DNA of 64,000 nucleotides, from assembly GCA_964194865.1 (NCBI GenBank), contig CAXMOC010000255.1, positions 3,090 through 67,089 of the forward strand, in the 5' to 3' direction. The notes under the pieces are model-generated. The model saw only the letters and a program-made list of their open reading frames with translations, did no database searches and was not told where the DNA came from. The translations under genes and the position numbers were made by a program. This DNA is from an uncultured Opitutales bacterium (GTDB taxonomy: Bacteria > Myxococcota_A > UBA9160 > SMWR01). Positions 55,004 through 64,000 of this stretch are shown here, piece after piece (positions within the stretch are counted from its first letter, which is position 1; each line of letters begins with the position of its first letter).

Positions 55004-56455
55004 TCAGTCGTCGAGGATCTCGCTCATCACCGTGCCCATTGCGGCGGTTTCGTCATCGTGGAGCGACTCGACGGCCGGTAAGCTGGCCAGCAGCTTTTCC
55101 AGTTTCTCGGCCACCACGGAGTGCACGGTGTCGAAGACGACGCCCATGCCATCGTGCCCATCGCTGCGCGCAATCGTGCCCCAGATCAGGAAGGGCTCCT
55201 CGCCGGCAGCGCCGTAGATCGCCAAGTGCAAGCGATCTCCCACCTCGAGATCCGGGTGAGAAGCGATCCGCATGCCACCCACGCTGAGATCACGTCCCAC
55301 GAGCACGCGCAACGCCCGGGTGCCGAAGGCCGGAACCTTGGCTTCGAAGGGGAGGCGCTCCGTGGAGCGCCTCTCATTGGGCGACTCAGATTGGTCCGCG
55401 GCCTGTTCGGCCTGTTCGTCCGGGTTGTCCTGGATCGGAGCCATCTTTACATCGACGGGTATGGCGGCGAGCTCGCCCGAAACCTGGCCATCGAGTTTCG
55501 TATCGAGCTCCGCGTCGAGTTCCGGCCTGGGGGTTGCGTCCGGCGGGGGCGGCGAGCCCGAGCCCTCGGTTCGCGGATCAGGTTTGTAGTTGGGTGACAC
55601 CCGTTCGAGAATCGTGCGCTTGCTTCTCGCCGGCCGGCGCAGTTTCATCTTCGCTTGGGCCTTCGAGGGGGGAGTAGTCTCTTCCTCTTCCGTGTCGAGC
55701 CACTCGGATCCCAGTCCGCTGGCGTCGCGCAAGGCGGGAGGTCCCCCCGCCTTGTCCTCGATGATCCAGTCGAGCTCGCGTCGCGCTTCATTGGACAAAT
55801 CCTGGAACTCGACGGCTGCGCTGTACATGCCACCCGTGCCGAGCCGTTCATCGAAGACGGTGCGCAGGATTCGCCCGTCGATCGTGAAGGGCTCGCTGGC
55901 GCCGAGGGACTCGGGCACCTGGAGCCGTATCTTTCGGTCGGGCTCCAGGGTGTAGGAAGAAATCAGCCGACATCCGCGGGAGGAGAGATCCACGAGGGTG
56001 GCGCGTCTCGCCAATACTCCCGTGCGAAAGGAAACTTCGAGCCCCACGGCAACGCGCGGTTCGCCGCGGCGCTCCTCGCCGCGGTAGAGGCTGTGCATGA
56101 TCAGCAGCCGGAGCGCCTCTGGATGCACCGGGCGACGCACCAGGAAGTCGAAGCCGACCTCTCGGAGCTTTTCTCGTAGCTTGTTCGAATCTTCGTTGAC
56201 GATGACGATCCGCACGGGCTGATCTTCCGGCGCGTCCGTTGATGGGCTCGGGATACGTCGCGGTGTCGCCACCAGCAGGGACTTGGGCGCCGGTGTGTTG
56301 GGGGCGATCGCTTCCCCCCTCACCCTGGCGAAATCGACTCCCAGCTCTTCGAGAATCTCCTGAACGTCGTCGAGCTCCCCGTCGTCGAGGAGTAGGATCT
56401 CAGAGGAATGCGCCACTGTGAGTACCTCGATCTGCCCGTTCGCGGGCTCGGCCAC
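55004..56455 (-). CDS. dual-PilZ-domain c-di-GMP-binding protein
   Basis: Two PilZ signatures: RRGEPR...DLSSRGC and RRSTER...DLSVGGM (RxxxR ... DxSxxG). An acidic/Pro-rich linker separates them. The start is GTG at 56455 or 56416 (VAHSSEILLLDDG). The remainder of the 719-aa track ORF is a shadow over the CPBP gene. Confidence 0.7.
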   Translation of the reverse strand: MAEPANGQIEVLTVAHSSEILLLDDGELDDVQEILEELGVDFARVRGEAIAPNTPAPKSLLVATPRRIPSPSTDAPEDQPVRIVIVNEDSNKLREKLREVGFDFLVRRPVHPEALRLLIMHSLYRGEERRGEPRVAVGLEVSFRTGVLARRATLVDLSSRGCRLISSYTLEPDRKIRLQVPESLGASEPFTIDGRILRTVFDERLGTGGMYSAAVEFQDLSNEARRELDWIIEDKAGGPPALRDASGLGSEWLDTEEEETTPPSKAQAKMKLRRPARSKRTILERVSPNYKPDPRTEGSGSPPPPDATPRPELDAELDTKLDGQVSGELAAIPVDVKMAPIQDNPDEQAEQAADQSESPNERRSTERLPFEAKVPAFGTRALRVLVGRDLSVGGMRIASHPDLEVGDRLHLAIYGAAGEEPFLIWGTIARSDGHDGMGVVFDTVHSVVAEKLEKLLASLPAVESLHDDETAAMGTVMSEILDD

Positions 56456-56457
56456 TC

Positions 56458-57237
56458 TTAGGAGTCGTCCAATCCGGCCTGCGGCTGTAATCCGGGCTCT
56501 CGCGAGGCTCGAGGCCCAGACGCGTCCAGATCCGGCTTGAGGCGCCGCCAGAGCCCAACGAGCACGAGAAGCGAGAAGGCGGTGGACAGCGCGATCGCGA
56601 TCGGACCGGCAGCCGCGGAATCCGTCTCCGATGCAGCCCACAACACCGCAACCGCATTGTTGGTTGCGTGGCAGACGATCGAGGCGCGGACGCTTCCAGC
56701 CAGGTAGGCGACGGCGCCGAAGTATGCCCCGATGACCGCCGTGAGAATCGAGTAGACCGGATCCGCGTGAAGCACGCCGAAGAGCAGGGCGGCGCCGAGA
56801 ATGGCGACAGCCGGCCCACGGCGGGCCTCCAAGCCGCGTTGCACGAGCCCGCGGCACAGTAACTCTTCGGCGATCCCAGGTGCCAACGCGAAGCACAACA
56901 GCGCGAGGACAATTTCTGCGCCGCGAGCTCCCGCCAGCTCGCGCGCGAGCACCGCAGGCGTGCTGTCCGCATGCGGAACCATCTGGTAGACGCCGTCGAG
57001 GCCGTAGCTCAGGCTGAGCGTTCCCAGCGCCAACATCAGCAGCGCAGCCCAGGAAAGGCGGCTCTTCCCGAGGCCCAGCCTCGAACTCACCCCTAGGCGC
57101 GAAGAGGAGGCCACCGCCACTGTGAAGAAGGCGAGAAACACCGCGCCTCGAAGCCCGACCCAATAGCTCCCCCAGTCGCCGTCACTGGGCACCGATCCGA
57201 GAGCCACCCAGCTTGCGGCCAATACCACCGGCAGCAT
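56458..57237 (-). CDS. CPBP-family (CAAX/Abi) intramembrane glutamic endopeptidase
   Basis: ATG at 57237. Motifs IAEELLCRG (EExxxR), LLFGVLH (FxxxH), CHATNN (HxxxN). Multiple TM helices. Confidence 0.8.
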   Translation of the reverse strand: MLPVVLAASWVALGSVPSDGDWGSYWVGLRGAVFLAFFTVAVASSSRLGVSSRLGLGKSRLSWAALLMLALGTLSLSYGLDGVYQMVPHADSTPAVLARELAGARGAEIVLALLCFALAPGIAEELLCRGLVQRGLEARRGPAVAILGAALLFGVLHADPVYSILTAVIGAYFGAVAYLAGSVRASIVCHATNNAVAVLWAASETDSAAAGPIAIALSTAFSLLVLVGLWRRLKPDLDASGPRASREPGLQPQAGLDDS

Positions 57238-57343
57238 GATCGTGAAGAGATCTCGTCGAGTACGCACGCAGTCAACGTACAGCGTTCGTCCGTGGGAAGG
57301 GACCGTGCTGGAGCGGCACCGGCCGGCTGCTACCCTCTTCTGC

Positions 57344-57907
57344 GTGCAGGAATCGGCCCTTGCCCCGAGCTTTCTGATCGCAATGCCACAGCTGCTGGAC
57401 CCGAATTTCCGCAGGGCGGTTGTGCTGCTGATCCACCACGACGAGAGCGGCACTTTCGGCGTCGTGCTCAATCGCTCGACGGAGATCACGGCTCCCGCCC
57501 TATGCTCGACACTCGAGGTCGACTGGCGGGGCGACCCTTGCTGGTCGATCGACTGGGGGGGACCGGTCCAGCCCCAGACCGGCTGGGTCCTGTTCGGCGG
57601 CGACGAAGATGCACTCGAGAGCGACGAGGAGGTGAAGCAGATTCGGCCGGGGCTGTGTTTCGCCGGCTCCCTCAACGTGCTTCGCCGGGTGGCGAGTGAT
57701 CCGCCCGAACGAATTCGTCTGTTACTCGGGTACGCGGGCTGGGGTCCCGGTCAGCTCGAGAGCGAGCTTTCTCAGGGTGCCTGGATTACCGCGCCGGTTT
57801 CGGAGCGGGTCGTATTCGAAGTAGAGTCCGACGAAATGTGGGAGCACGTGGTGCGCAGCCTTGGAATCGAACCGGCCACGCTGGTGGCAACCCAGGGAGT
57901 TCACTGA
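57344..57907 (+). CDS. YqgE/AlgH-family protein (UPF0301)
   Basis: FLIAMPQLLDPNFRRAVVLLIHHDESGTFGVVLNR, GGPVQPQTGWVLF, LLGYAGWGPGQLESEL..GAWI. The GTG at 57344 gives ~187 aa. The GTG at 57305 is an alternative. Confidence 0.8.
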   Translation: MQESALAPSFLIAMPQLLDPNFRRAVVLLIHHDESGTFGVVLNRSTEITAPALCSTLEVDWRGDPCWSIDWGGPVQPQTGWVLFGGDEDALESDEEVKQIRPGLCFAGSLNVLRRVASDPPERIRLLLGYAGWGPGQLESELSQGAWITAPVSERVVFEVESDEMWEHVVRSLGIEPATLVATQGVH

Positions 57908-57923
57908 TCGGCCTCGGGCCGAT
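57907..57923 (+). terminator. hairpin at the YqgE stop codon (weak terminator candidate)
   Basis: ATCGGCC-TCG-GGCCGAT is a perfect 7-bp stem beginning at the last base of the TGA. No T-run follows. Confidence 0.3.
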
Positions 57924-58001
57924 GGACGCGCAGTTTCCGAAACGCGCCCGCCAATCTTGATGCGCCTCGATTTGGTGCGCCCGATTCGAATGGGAGGGAA
58001 C

Positions 58002-59087
58002 ATGGCGACGGCAGCCGTGAGCAGCAACGATCGTCTGGTCTACACCACCGACGAGATTCTTCAGAATGGGACCTACAGCGAGCCCTTGATCGCCAACGGC
58101 GTTCGGTGTCACGGAGGGTTCGACGAGGGTGGGCAATATCGCTCTCCCCGCGCATTTCACCGAAACCCCGCGATTCGAGCCTGGCAGGCGCGCCTTCGGA
58201 TCGACGGAAATAGCCTGATCGAGCTGGCGCCGGAGCTCATGCCTCCCCAGTACCCGAATGCCGCACAAGCGAAGCTGTTGCTCGAGTCCGGTGTGCGCGA
58301 GCCGATCGTTCGTGCGCTGACGATCATCTCCATCGTCGAGGGGTTCGGAGCGATCATCCGAGACGTCAAGGTGCCGGACCTGGCGGCTCTGATTCGCGAG
58401 CCCATCGATGGGACGGCCCTGGCTCACCTGCGGGGCGCCCTGTTCGAAGCTCATGCCCGCGACGAGTCCGGCTACCGCGATGAGGGGGGACACAAGCAGA
58501 TGTGGGAGGCCGCTCGAGACCTCGCACTGGAGACCCCCAAGATTCCCGGCGACGTGCTGATGCGCCTGATGGGGCGCCGACGCAAGCGCGGCGATGAGCG
58601 CCGGCCCTTCGAACAGATCGACGAAACACTCGAGCGGATGCTCGCAACGATGGCGCAGGTACTCGTCGTCGAGGTGTTCGCCAACGGTACCTTTGCCTGG
58701 GGCGAGGAGATCCTGTCGGATCCTTCGGTCTCCGCCGCACCCGAAGAGGCGGGCGCAATGGTTCGCTACATCCGCTCGGACGAGAATCCACACGTCGAAT
58801 ATCTGAGGACTGCGCTTTCCGAGGTGAGAGCCCGAACGATCGTCACCGTCGACGGCAAATCGATCCCGGGCCGGGAAGTAGTGGACGGACTGCTGCATCG
58901 GATCTTGCGCACGATCACGCGGGAGCGCCCCCGGGACCAGCGCGACGACGTTCGCGAAAGCCTGGCGTCCGCAATGAAGGCGGCCGGCAAATCGCCCGAG
59001 TTCCTCGCGGAGTTCGACGCCTTGGAGACGCCCTGGACGCCGCCGGGGAAGACTGGCTTCGAACCGGTGGCTCCCGGGGCCGCCTAG
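58002..59087 (+). CDS. uncharacterised protein with carboxylate/His motifs (putative helical di-metal enzyme)
   Basis: ATG at 58002 after SD GGGAGGG. 361 aa with no TM segment. Spaced motifs IVEGFG, LFEAHARDE, VVEVFANG, SDENPHVEYL (E ... E-x-H ... E ... E-x-x-H). The stop TAG overlaps the ubiB GTG by 1 nt. Confidence 0.45.
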   Translation: MATAAVSSNDRLVYTTDEILQNGTYSEPLIANGVRCHGGFDEGGQYRSPRAFHRNPAIRAWQARLRIDGNSLIELAPELMPPQYPNAAQAKLLLESGVREPIVRALTIISIVEGFGAIIRDVKVPDLAALIREPIDGTALAHLRGALFEAHARDESGYRDEGGHKQMWEAARDLALETPKIPGDVLMRLMGRRRKRGDERRPFEQIDETLERMLATMAQVLVVEVFANGTFAWGEEILSDPSVSAAPEEAGAMVRYIRSDENPHVEYLRTALSEVRARTIVTVDGKSIPGREVVDGLLHRILRTITRERPRDQRDDVRESLASAMKAAGKSPEFLAEFDALETPWTPPGKTGFEPVAPGAA

Positions 59088-60355
59088 TGAAAGTCGGCGC
59101 GCGGTTGGCGCGATCCGTCCGGATCGGTTGGACCGCGGTCGCGATCTGGTCGATCTACAAGATTCCGAGTTTTGGTCGCCGCCTGCTCGGGCGCCCGCCA
59201 CTCGAGGATCTGACGGCCACCCATCAGCGCGCCGCGAATCGCATGCTCGACTGCGCGCTGGCGATGCGGGGCGTCGTGATCAAGTCCTGCCAGGCGGTCG
59301 CAACGCGTTCCGATCTGTTTCCGCCTCCATTCATCGAGCAGCTCAAGCAGTGCCACGATGCGGTGCCGCCCAAGCCCTTTTCAGAGGTCCGATCCGCGAT
59401 CGAGCGGGAGCTCGGAAAGCCCCTCGATGCGCTCTTCGCGGAAATCGAGAGCGAGCCCGTCGCCTCGGCTTCGCTTGCCCAGGTCCACAGGGCTCGACTT
59501 CTCGATGGCAGCCGCGTCGCAGTCAAGGTCCAATATCCGGACATCGAGGACATCGTCCGAACCGATCTCGCCAACATGCGTCGCGTGTGTCGCATCTATG
59601 AGTTCTTCGATCCTCAGCCGCTCGAGCTCCTGCCATTGCTCACGGAGCTGACCACTCACCTCTCGCTCGAGCTCGACTTCGAACGCGAGGCCGATAGTGC
59701 GGATCGTGTCCGCGAGCTCTTTGCGGAGGACGACTTCGTCGTAGTGCCGCGGATTCACCGCGCCTTCTCGACGTCACGGATTCTCACCATGGAGTTCGTC
59801 GACGGAATCAAGCCCACGGAAAAGGCAGAGCTGGAGGCCGCGGGGATCGATCCGGCCGACGTGGTTCAGAACCTGATGCAGATCTATGTCCGGATGATCC
59901 TCGGTGCCAGCTTCTTTCAGGCAGATCCCCATCCCGGAAACCTCTTCGTTCGCCCCGACCAGATCGTGTTGATGGATTTTGGCCTGGCCAAGGAGCTTCC
60001 CGAGGGATTTGGCTTGGCGCTGTTCGAGCTGATGTTCTCGATGATGACTTTCAACGAGTCAGCGATGGTCAGAGCCTTCCAGGAGCTCGGGTTCGAGACC
60101 AAGACCGGTGACACGAGCACGTTCGTCCGAATTGCCCACCGGATGATGGAGCGAAGCGACAGCGGTCACTTCGAGGGCGAGTTCACCGAGGAGATGACCG
60201 ATGAGCTCTTCGAAGCGATTCGCGAGGATCCCGTCGTGAGGGTCCCGAGCGACTTCGTTCTGGTCGGTCGGGTGTTTGGCCTGCTCTCCGGGATTGCCCA
60301 CACCCTGGGCCACCGGGCCAACGTGCTCCAAGCGCTGGGGGCATCGACGGGCTGA
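59087..60355 (+). CDS. ubiB: ABC1/UbiB-family atypical kinase
   Basis: LFPPPFIEQLKQCHDAVPP, PVASASLAQVHRARL.DG..VAVKVQYPDIE, LELDFEREA, FFQADPHPGNLFV, LMDFG. Confidence 0.85.
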   Translation: MKVGARLARSVRIGWTAVAIWSIYKIPSFGRRLLGRPPLEDLTATHQRAANRMLDCALAMRGVVIKSCQAVATRSDLFPPPFIEQLKQCHDAVPPKPFSEVRSAIERELGKPLDALFAEIESEPVASASLAQVHRARLLDGSRVAVKVQYPDIEDIVRTDLANMRRVCRIYEFFDPQPLELLPLLTELTTHLSLELDFEREADSADRVRELFAEDDFVVVPRIHRAFSTSRILTMEFVDGIKPTEKAELEAAGIDPADVVQNLMQIYVRMILGASFFQADPHPGNLFVRPDQIVLMDFGLAKELPEGFGLALFELMFSMMTFNESAMVRAFQELGFETKTGDTSTFVRIAHRMMERSDSGHFEGEFTEEMTDELFEAIREDPVVRVPSDFVLVGRVFGLLSGIAHTLGHRANVLQALGASTG

Positions 60356-60547
60356 GCTCGAGGCCTCGGAGCGGCTCTCGGACGCGGCATCTCCTTTGGC
60401 TGGGGCGGCGCGCGGATGTGCCGAACTAGCGGAATTCCAACGCGAATCAGACTCCGTCGCGACGTCTGCGCCTCACCGGCTGGTGGGCCCGGCGGGGCAC
60501 GAGACCGCCGGCTCAACGTAGTGCCCGGAATTGCCGATGTGTGAGGC

Positions 60548-61825
60548 ATGTCGGAGGCTGACGATCTTCTGGTCCAGGTAGTGCCGCACGCGGCGGAGCT
60601 TGATCAGCGCAGTCTCGGAGAGTCACTCTCCGAGATCGTCGATCGCTTCACCGCTGACGGGGCGCTCGGAGTCGTCGCCGTGGATGCGTCGGCGCTTGCC
60701 GCCATCGAGCCGATCTTTGGTGGTCACGCCTGGCGCGCAGCGATGGGGTCGCTGCGTACGGTGATCGAGCAGCTGATCGGAGAGCGCCTGGGAATCGGTG
60801 ACCTGATTCTCTGGGGAGAGACCGGCCGCAGCGAGATCCTGCTCCTGATTTTTCGAGATCTCAAGGAGACCGACTTCTACAGCCGGGAGCTTCCCGACCT
60901 CCACAGCGCCCTCGCACAGGGCCTGCGGGCTCGGGGTAGCCGGATCGGTTATCCCTACCTCAAGTCGCCGCCGAAGCTCCCGATCGGAACCGCTGCCTCG
61001 CTGCGCAACCCGACCATCAGCGCCGAGGCCCAGATTCGAGACGCCCTGGCCGAGGCCCGCAGCGACGGCGCGTTGATCGAGCACATCGGGGCACGGCGCC
61101 GGCGTCAGAAGCTGTTCGAGCTGGTTCTAGAAGGGCGCGTTCGCTCGGTCTACGAGCCGATCGTCGATGTCGAGACGCGAACGGTATTCGGCTACGAAGC
61201 GCTGGTCCGTGGACCCGAGGGCTCCGAGCTTCACTCGCCTCTGGCGCTCTTCGAGAGCGCCGCCGAGGAGGGTCTACTGTTTCAGCTCGACTGTCTCTGC
61301 AGGCGGAGCGGTCTGGACGGAGCCAGGGATTTTCCCGGCGATGCGAAGCTCTTCCTCAACATCCGCCCGACGACGATCTACGACCCAGGCTTCCGATCCG
61401 ACGCGTTGCGCCGAACGCTCGAGGGTTGCGGGCTGGCACCGACCGATGTCGTGCTGGAGATATCGGAACAAGAGTCGATCTCGAGCTTCGAGATCTTCCG
61501 GGAGATTCGCGACTACTACGGAAAGCTCGGGTTCCAGATCGCGATGGACGACGTCGGTTCGGGTTACGCGAGTCTCGAATCCGTGATGGAGCTTTCCCCA
61601 GAGTTCATCAAGGTCGATCGCGCATTCATCGCCGGAATCGATGAGGACCCGGCGCGCCAGGAGCTGCTGCGCGCCCTGCGCGCCGTATCCGATCAGATCG
61701 GCGCACGCATCATCGGCGAGGGTCTCGACAAGCTGGAGGAGCTCGAAACCCTTGGGCGCCTCGGCATTCCCTTCGGTCAGGGCTGGCTCTTCGGCAAGCC
61801 CCATCCGCTGCGCACGGACACCTGA
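60548..61825 (+). CDS. EAL-domain c-di-GMP phosphodiesterase with degenerate GGDEF-like N-terminal domain
   Basis: EAL motifs YEPIV...FGYEALVRG, LFLNIRP, EISEQE, MDDVGSGYASL, IKVDRAFI, IGEGLD, GQGWLFGKP. The N-terminal ~190 aa have GGDEF-like topology, but the signature position reads WGETGRSE. Confidence 0.85.
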   Translation: MSEADDLLVQVVPHAAELDQRSLGESLSEIVDRFTADGALGVVAVDASALAAIEPIFGGHAWRAAMGSLRTVIEQLIGERLGIGDLILWGETGRSEILLLIFRDLKETDFYSRELPDLHSALAQGLRARGSRIGYPYLKSPPKLPIGTAASLRNPTISAEAQIRDALAEARSDGALIEHIGARRRRQKLFELVLEGRVRSVYEPIVDVETRTVFGYEALVRGPEGSELHSPLALFESAAEEGLLFQLDCLCRRSGLDGARDFPGDAKLFLNIRPTTIYDPGFRSDALRRTLEGCGLAPTDVVLEISEQESISSFEIFREIRDYYGKLGFQIAMDDVGSGYASLESVMELSPEFIKVDRAFIAGIDEDPARQELLRALRAVSDQIGARIIGEGLDKLEELETLGRLGIPFGQGWLFGKPHPLRTDT

Positions 61826-61909
61826 GCGCTCAGACCCTTCACGCGTATTCCAACAATCGCCTTCGATTCCGCGCAAGCCGCTCTATACTGCCCGGTCAGT
61901 TTCGGAGGT

Positions 61910-62830
61910 GTGACGGTGGGTCGAAAGCTCGGCATCGCCGCCGCGGTACTGATTGCGGCGGTGGGGCTCGCCCTGATCTACGGGTACGGTCAGCTCACGA
62001 GCTTCCACTCCGTGGAGCTGACCGATTCCGTTCACGTGATCTTTGGGGCGGGCGGCAACGTCGGATTGTTGAAGACCGACCGCGGCCCCGTCATCGTCGA
62101 TACCATGACGTTTCCCCTCCAAGGACGGCGCCTCAAGCAGCTCGCGGAGCGAATCGGCGGCGGTCCAACCCAGGCCCTCATCAACACCCACTATCACGGG
62201 GATCACACCCACGGGAACCCGGCCTGGGCTGTGGGAATGCGCGTCGTGTCGACCGGACGCACCCTTTCCTATCTCGAACACTTCGACTCCGATTTCTGGC
62301 GGGGTGAAAGCGAAGGCACGGCACCTAATGATACGTTCGCGGATTCACACGAGATGCGCGTCGGTGGCAAGACGATCCGTTCGTATCACCTCGGGCGCGG
62401 CCATACCGGAGGAGATCTGGTCGTGCTCTTCGTAGAAGACCGCGTTCTTCACGCGGGCGATCTGTTCTTCAGCGGCCGATATCCCCGCATCGATCTCGAG
62501 GCGGGGGGCTCTGCTCAGCATTGGGTGACAACGCTCGATCGGGTGCTGGCCCTCGACTTCGACCAGGTGATTCCAGGGCACGGCCCCGTCACCGATCGAG
62601 CCGGCCTGACGCGATTCCGAAGCTTCATTGCAGAGGTGGCGGAGCTAGCGGCCGAGGCTGCGGCCGCTGGGAAGACGCTGGACCAGACGCTGGCCACCGC
62701 CGCGCTGACCCAGGATGCGGGCTACGAAGTGATGTGGATACCCTTCCTCGTGAATTTCGATCGCGATTCGGTGATCCGGAGTGCGTGGGAGGAAGCCGCA
62801 GGTGTCGTGGAGCCGGTGGAGCTTCCCTAG
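61910..62830 (+). CDS. MBL-fold metallo-hydrolase with N-terminal membrane anchor
   Basis: INTHYHGDHTHGN (HxHxDH), later HLGRGHTGGD and PGHG ligands. TM/signal LGIAAAVLIAAVGLALI. Confidence 0.85.
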   Translation: MTVGRKLGIAAAVLIAAVGLALIYGYGQLTSFHSVELTDSVHVIFGAGGNVGLLKTDRGPVIVDTMTFPLQGRRLKQLAERIGGGPTQALINTHYHGDHTHGNPAWAVGMRVVSTGRTLSYLEHFDSDFWRGESEGTAPNDTFADSHEMRVGGKTIRSYHLGRGHTGGDLVVLFVEDRVLHAGDLFFSGRYPRIDLEAGGSAQHWVTTLDRVLALDFDQVIPGHGPVTDRAGLTRFRSFIAEVAELAAEAAAAGKTLDQTLATAALTQDAGYEVMWIPFLVNFDRDSVIRSAWEEAAGVVEPVELP

Positions 62831-62841
62831 GAGGTGTCGCG

Positions 62842-63609
62842 ATGGAGCTGTTCTCGATTCAAGACAAAGTGGCGCTAGTCACCGGTGGCTCTCGAGGCAT
62901 CGGACTGATGATCGCTCGCGGTTTCGTCGAAGCGGGCGCGCGGGTGTACATCTCGTCGCGAAAGGCCGCGGTGTGCGAGGAGGTGGCCGCCGAACTTTCG
63001 AAGGTGGGCACCTGTGTCGCACTTCCAGCGGACGTTTCGACGGAATCGGAGGCACGGCGCCTCGCCGAAGAACTTGGAGCGCGCGAGTCCGAGCTCCACA
63101 TCCTGGTCAACAATGCGGGCGCCAACTGGGGAGCGCCCTACGCGGAGTACCCGGACTCCGCCTGGGACAAGGTGCTGGCGCTGAACGTAAAGGCGGTCTT
63201 CCACCTGACGCGGGCATTGACCCCTCAGCTCGAGCGGGCGTCGCGGCCGGGAGACCCAGCGCGGGTGATCAATGTGGGTTCGGTGGACGGAATCTCGGTG
63301 CCTCTGTTGGAAACCTTCGCGTATTCGAGCAGCAAGGCCGCGGTCCATATGCTGACCCGCCACCTGGCGAAACGTTTGGCCGCCCAGGGGATCACCGTGA
63401 ACGCGATCGCCCCCGGCCCCTTCGAGAGCAAGATGATGGAGGCCACCCTGGAGCGATTTCGCGATTCGATCGAGGCGTCTTGTCCGCTGGGGCGCATCGG
63501 TGAGCCCGAAGACATGGCGGGCGTGGCCATCTACCTCGCCTCTCGCGCCGGAGCCTACGTGACCGGCGCGCTGATCCCGGTGGACGGCGGGATCTCGACG
63601 ACCCGGTGA
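62842..63609 (+). CDS. short-chain dehydrogenase/reductase (RhlG/FabG-like)
   Basis: SD TAGGAGG before the ATG at 62842. [13 protein letters not shown], catalytic YSSSKAAV (YxxxK), PGPF. Confidence 0.9.
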   Translation: MELFSIQDKVALVTGGSRGIGLMIARGFVEAGARVYISSRKAAVCEEVAAELSKVGTCVALPADVSTESEARRLAEELGARESELHILVNNAGANWGAPYAEYPDSAWDKVLALNVKAVFHLTRALTPQLERASRPGDPARVINVGSVDGISVPLLETFAYSSSKAAVHMLTRHLAKRLAAQGITVNAIAPGPFESKMMEATLERFRDSIEASCPLGRIGEPEDMAGVAIYLASRAGAYVTGALIPVDGGISTTR

Positions 63610-63926
63610 GTGACGTCGCGGGCGGCCGCGCACGACCCGTCAAGCTCGACGACGATCAGATCAGCGCCGCGCTCGCCGACGTGCCGGGCTGGACGGTTCA
63701 AGAGGGCAAGCTCCACCGCGAGTTCCGCTTCCGCGACTTCAACCAGGCCTTCGGCTTCATGACACGCGCGGCCCTTCACGCGGAATCCATGGATCATCAT
63801 CCGGAGTGGTTCAACGTCTACTCGCGGGTGGTGGTCGACCTGGTTACCCACGACGCTGACGGGATCACTCTGCTGGACCTTTCATTGGCGACCAAAATGA
63901 ACGAGGTTGCCGCCGCTCTGTTGTGA
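63606..63926 (+). CDS. phhB: pterin-4-alpha-carbinolamine dehydratase
   Basis: [43 protein letters not shown] is the PCD/DCoH signature. The GTG overlaps the SDR stop (GTGA). Confidence 0.85.
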   Translation: MSDVAGGRARPVKLDDDQISAALADVPGWTVQEGKLHREFRFRDFNQAFGFMTRAALHAESMDHHPEWFNVYSRVVVDLVTHDADGITLLDLSLATKMNEVAAALL

Positions 63927-64000
63927 AGAGTCCGCCGGTTGCGCCTGAGGATTCTGGCGTTGAACGCGGCCGGATCAGTGGGTGCCAAGAGCCGAAAGGT

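Noticed and set aside
1-64000. Looked for mobile elements (transposase, integrase, phage genes), a compositional island or a prophage boundary.
   Set aside because: No such genes or flanking direct repeats were seen. Composition appears uniformly GC-rich apart from short AT-richer promoter-like patches (e.g. 1680-1760, 23995-24045, 49440-49520).

Overview
This 64-kb window looks like core chromosome of a GC-rich diderm bacterium (about two-thirds G+C by eye, not computed). The diderm call rests on an MlaA lipoprotein, an RND exporter and Tat and lipobox signals. I can support about 55 protein-coding genes. I found no rRNA, tRNA, CRISPR array, transposase or integrase. All function calls come from motif and architecture recognition in the supplied translations. 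No database search was run, and start codons are often uncertain.

Gene content, left to right:
- An SPT-like alpha-oxoamine synthase next to an MlaA / MlaC(HpnM)-like / HpnN-like RND lipid-trafficking set.
- Housekeeping enzymes: M20 peptidase, aconitase, NadE and a Qng1 queuosine-salvage homologue.
- A tungsten/molybdenum block: moaD, aldehyde:ferredoxin oxidoreductase and two moeA genes, with a Hanks-type kinase coupled directly to the last moeA, and a convergent modABC operon.
- A tightly overlapping Toprim(DUF4435)-like / HIT / nucleotidyltransferase / HAD operon.
- Cell-envelope, c-di-GMP (PilZ, EAL) and quinone (UbiB) genes.

Observations most worth a second look:
1. A DsbA-like oxidoreductase is split in the ORF track by an in-frame TGA that sits exactly at the first Cys of its CxxC motif (U-P-Y-C). 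A SECIS-like hairpin starts 11 nt downstream, so it is probably a missed selenoprotein.
2. A three-copy, roughly 112-123 bp structured tandem repeat fills the convergent gap between the kinase gene and modC and supplies both stop codons.
3. The four-gene nucleotide-enzyme operon headed by a Toprim/DUF4435-like protein.
4. An unannotated 34-codon, extremely basic ORF with a strong Shine-Dalgarno (SD) sequence.
5. An uncharacterised protein with carboxylate/His motifs is translationally coupled to ubiB.
6. A roughly 750-nt gene-free leader lies upstream of the moaD-aor operon.

Many long ORFs in the track are antisense or out-of-frame shadows typical of high-GC DNA, and I rejected them.
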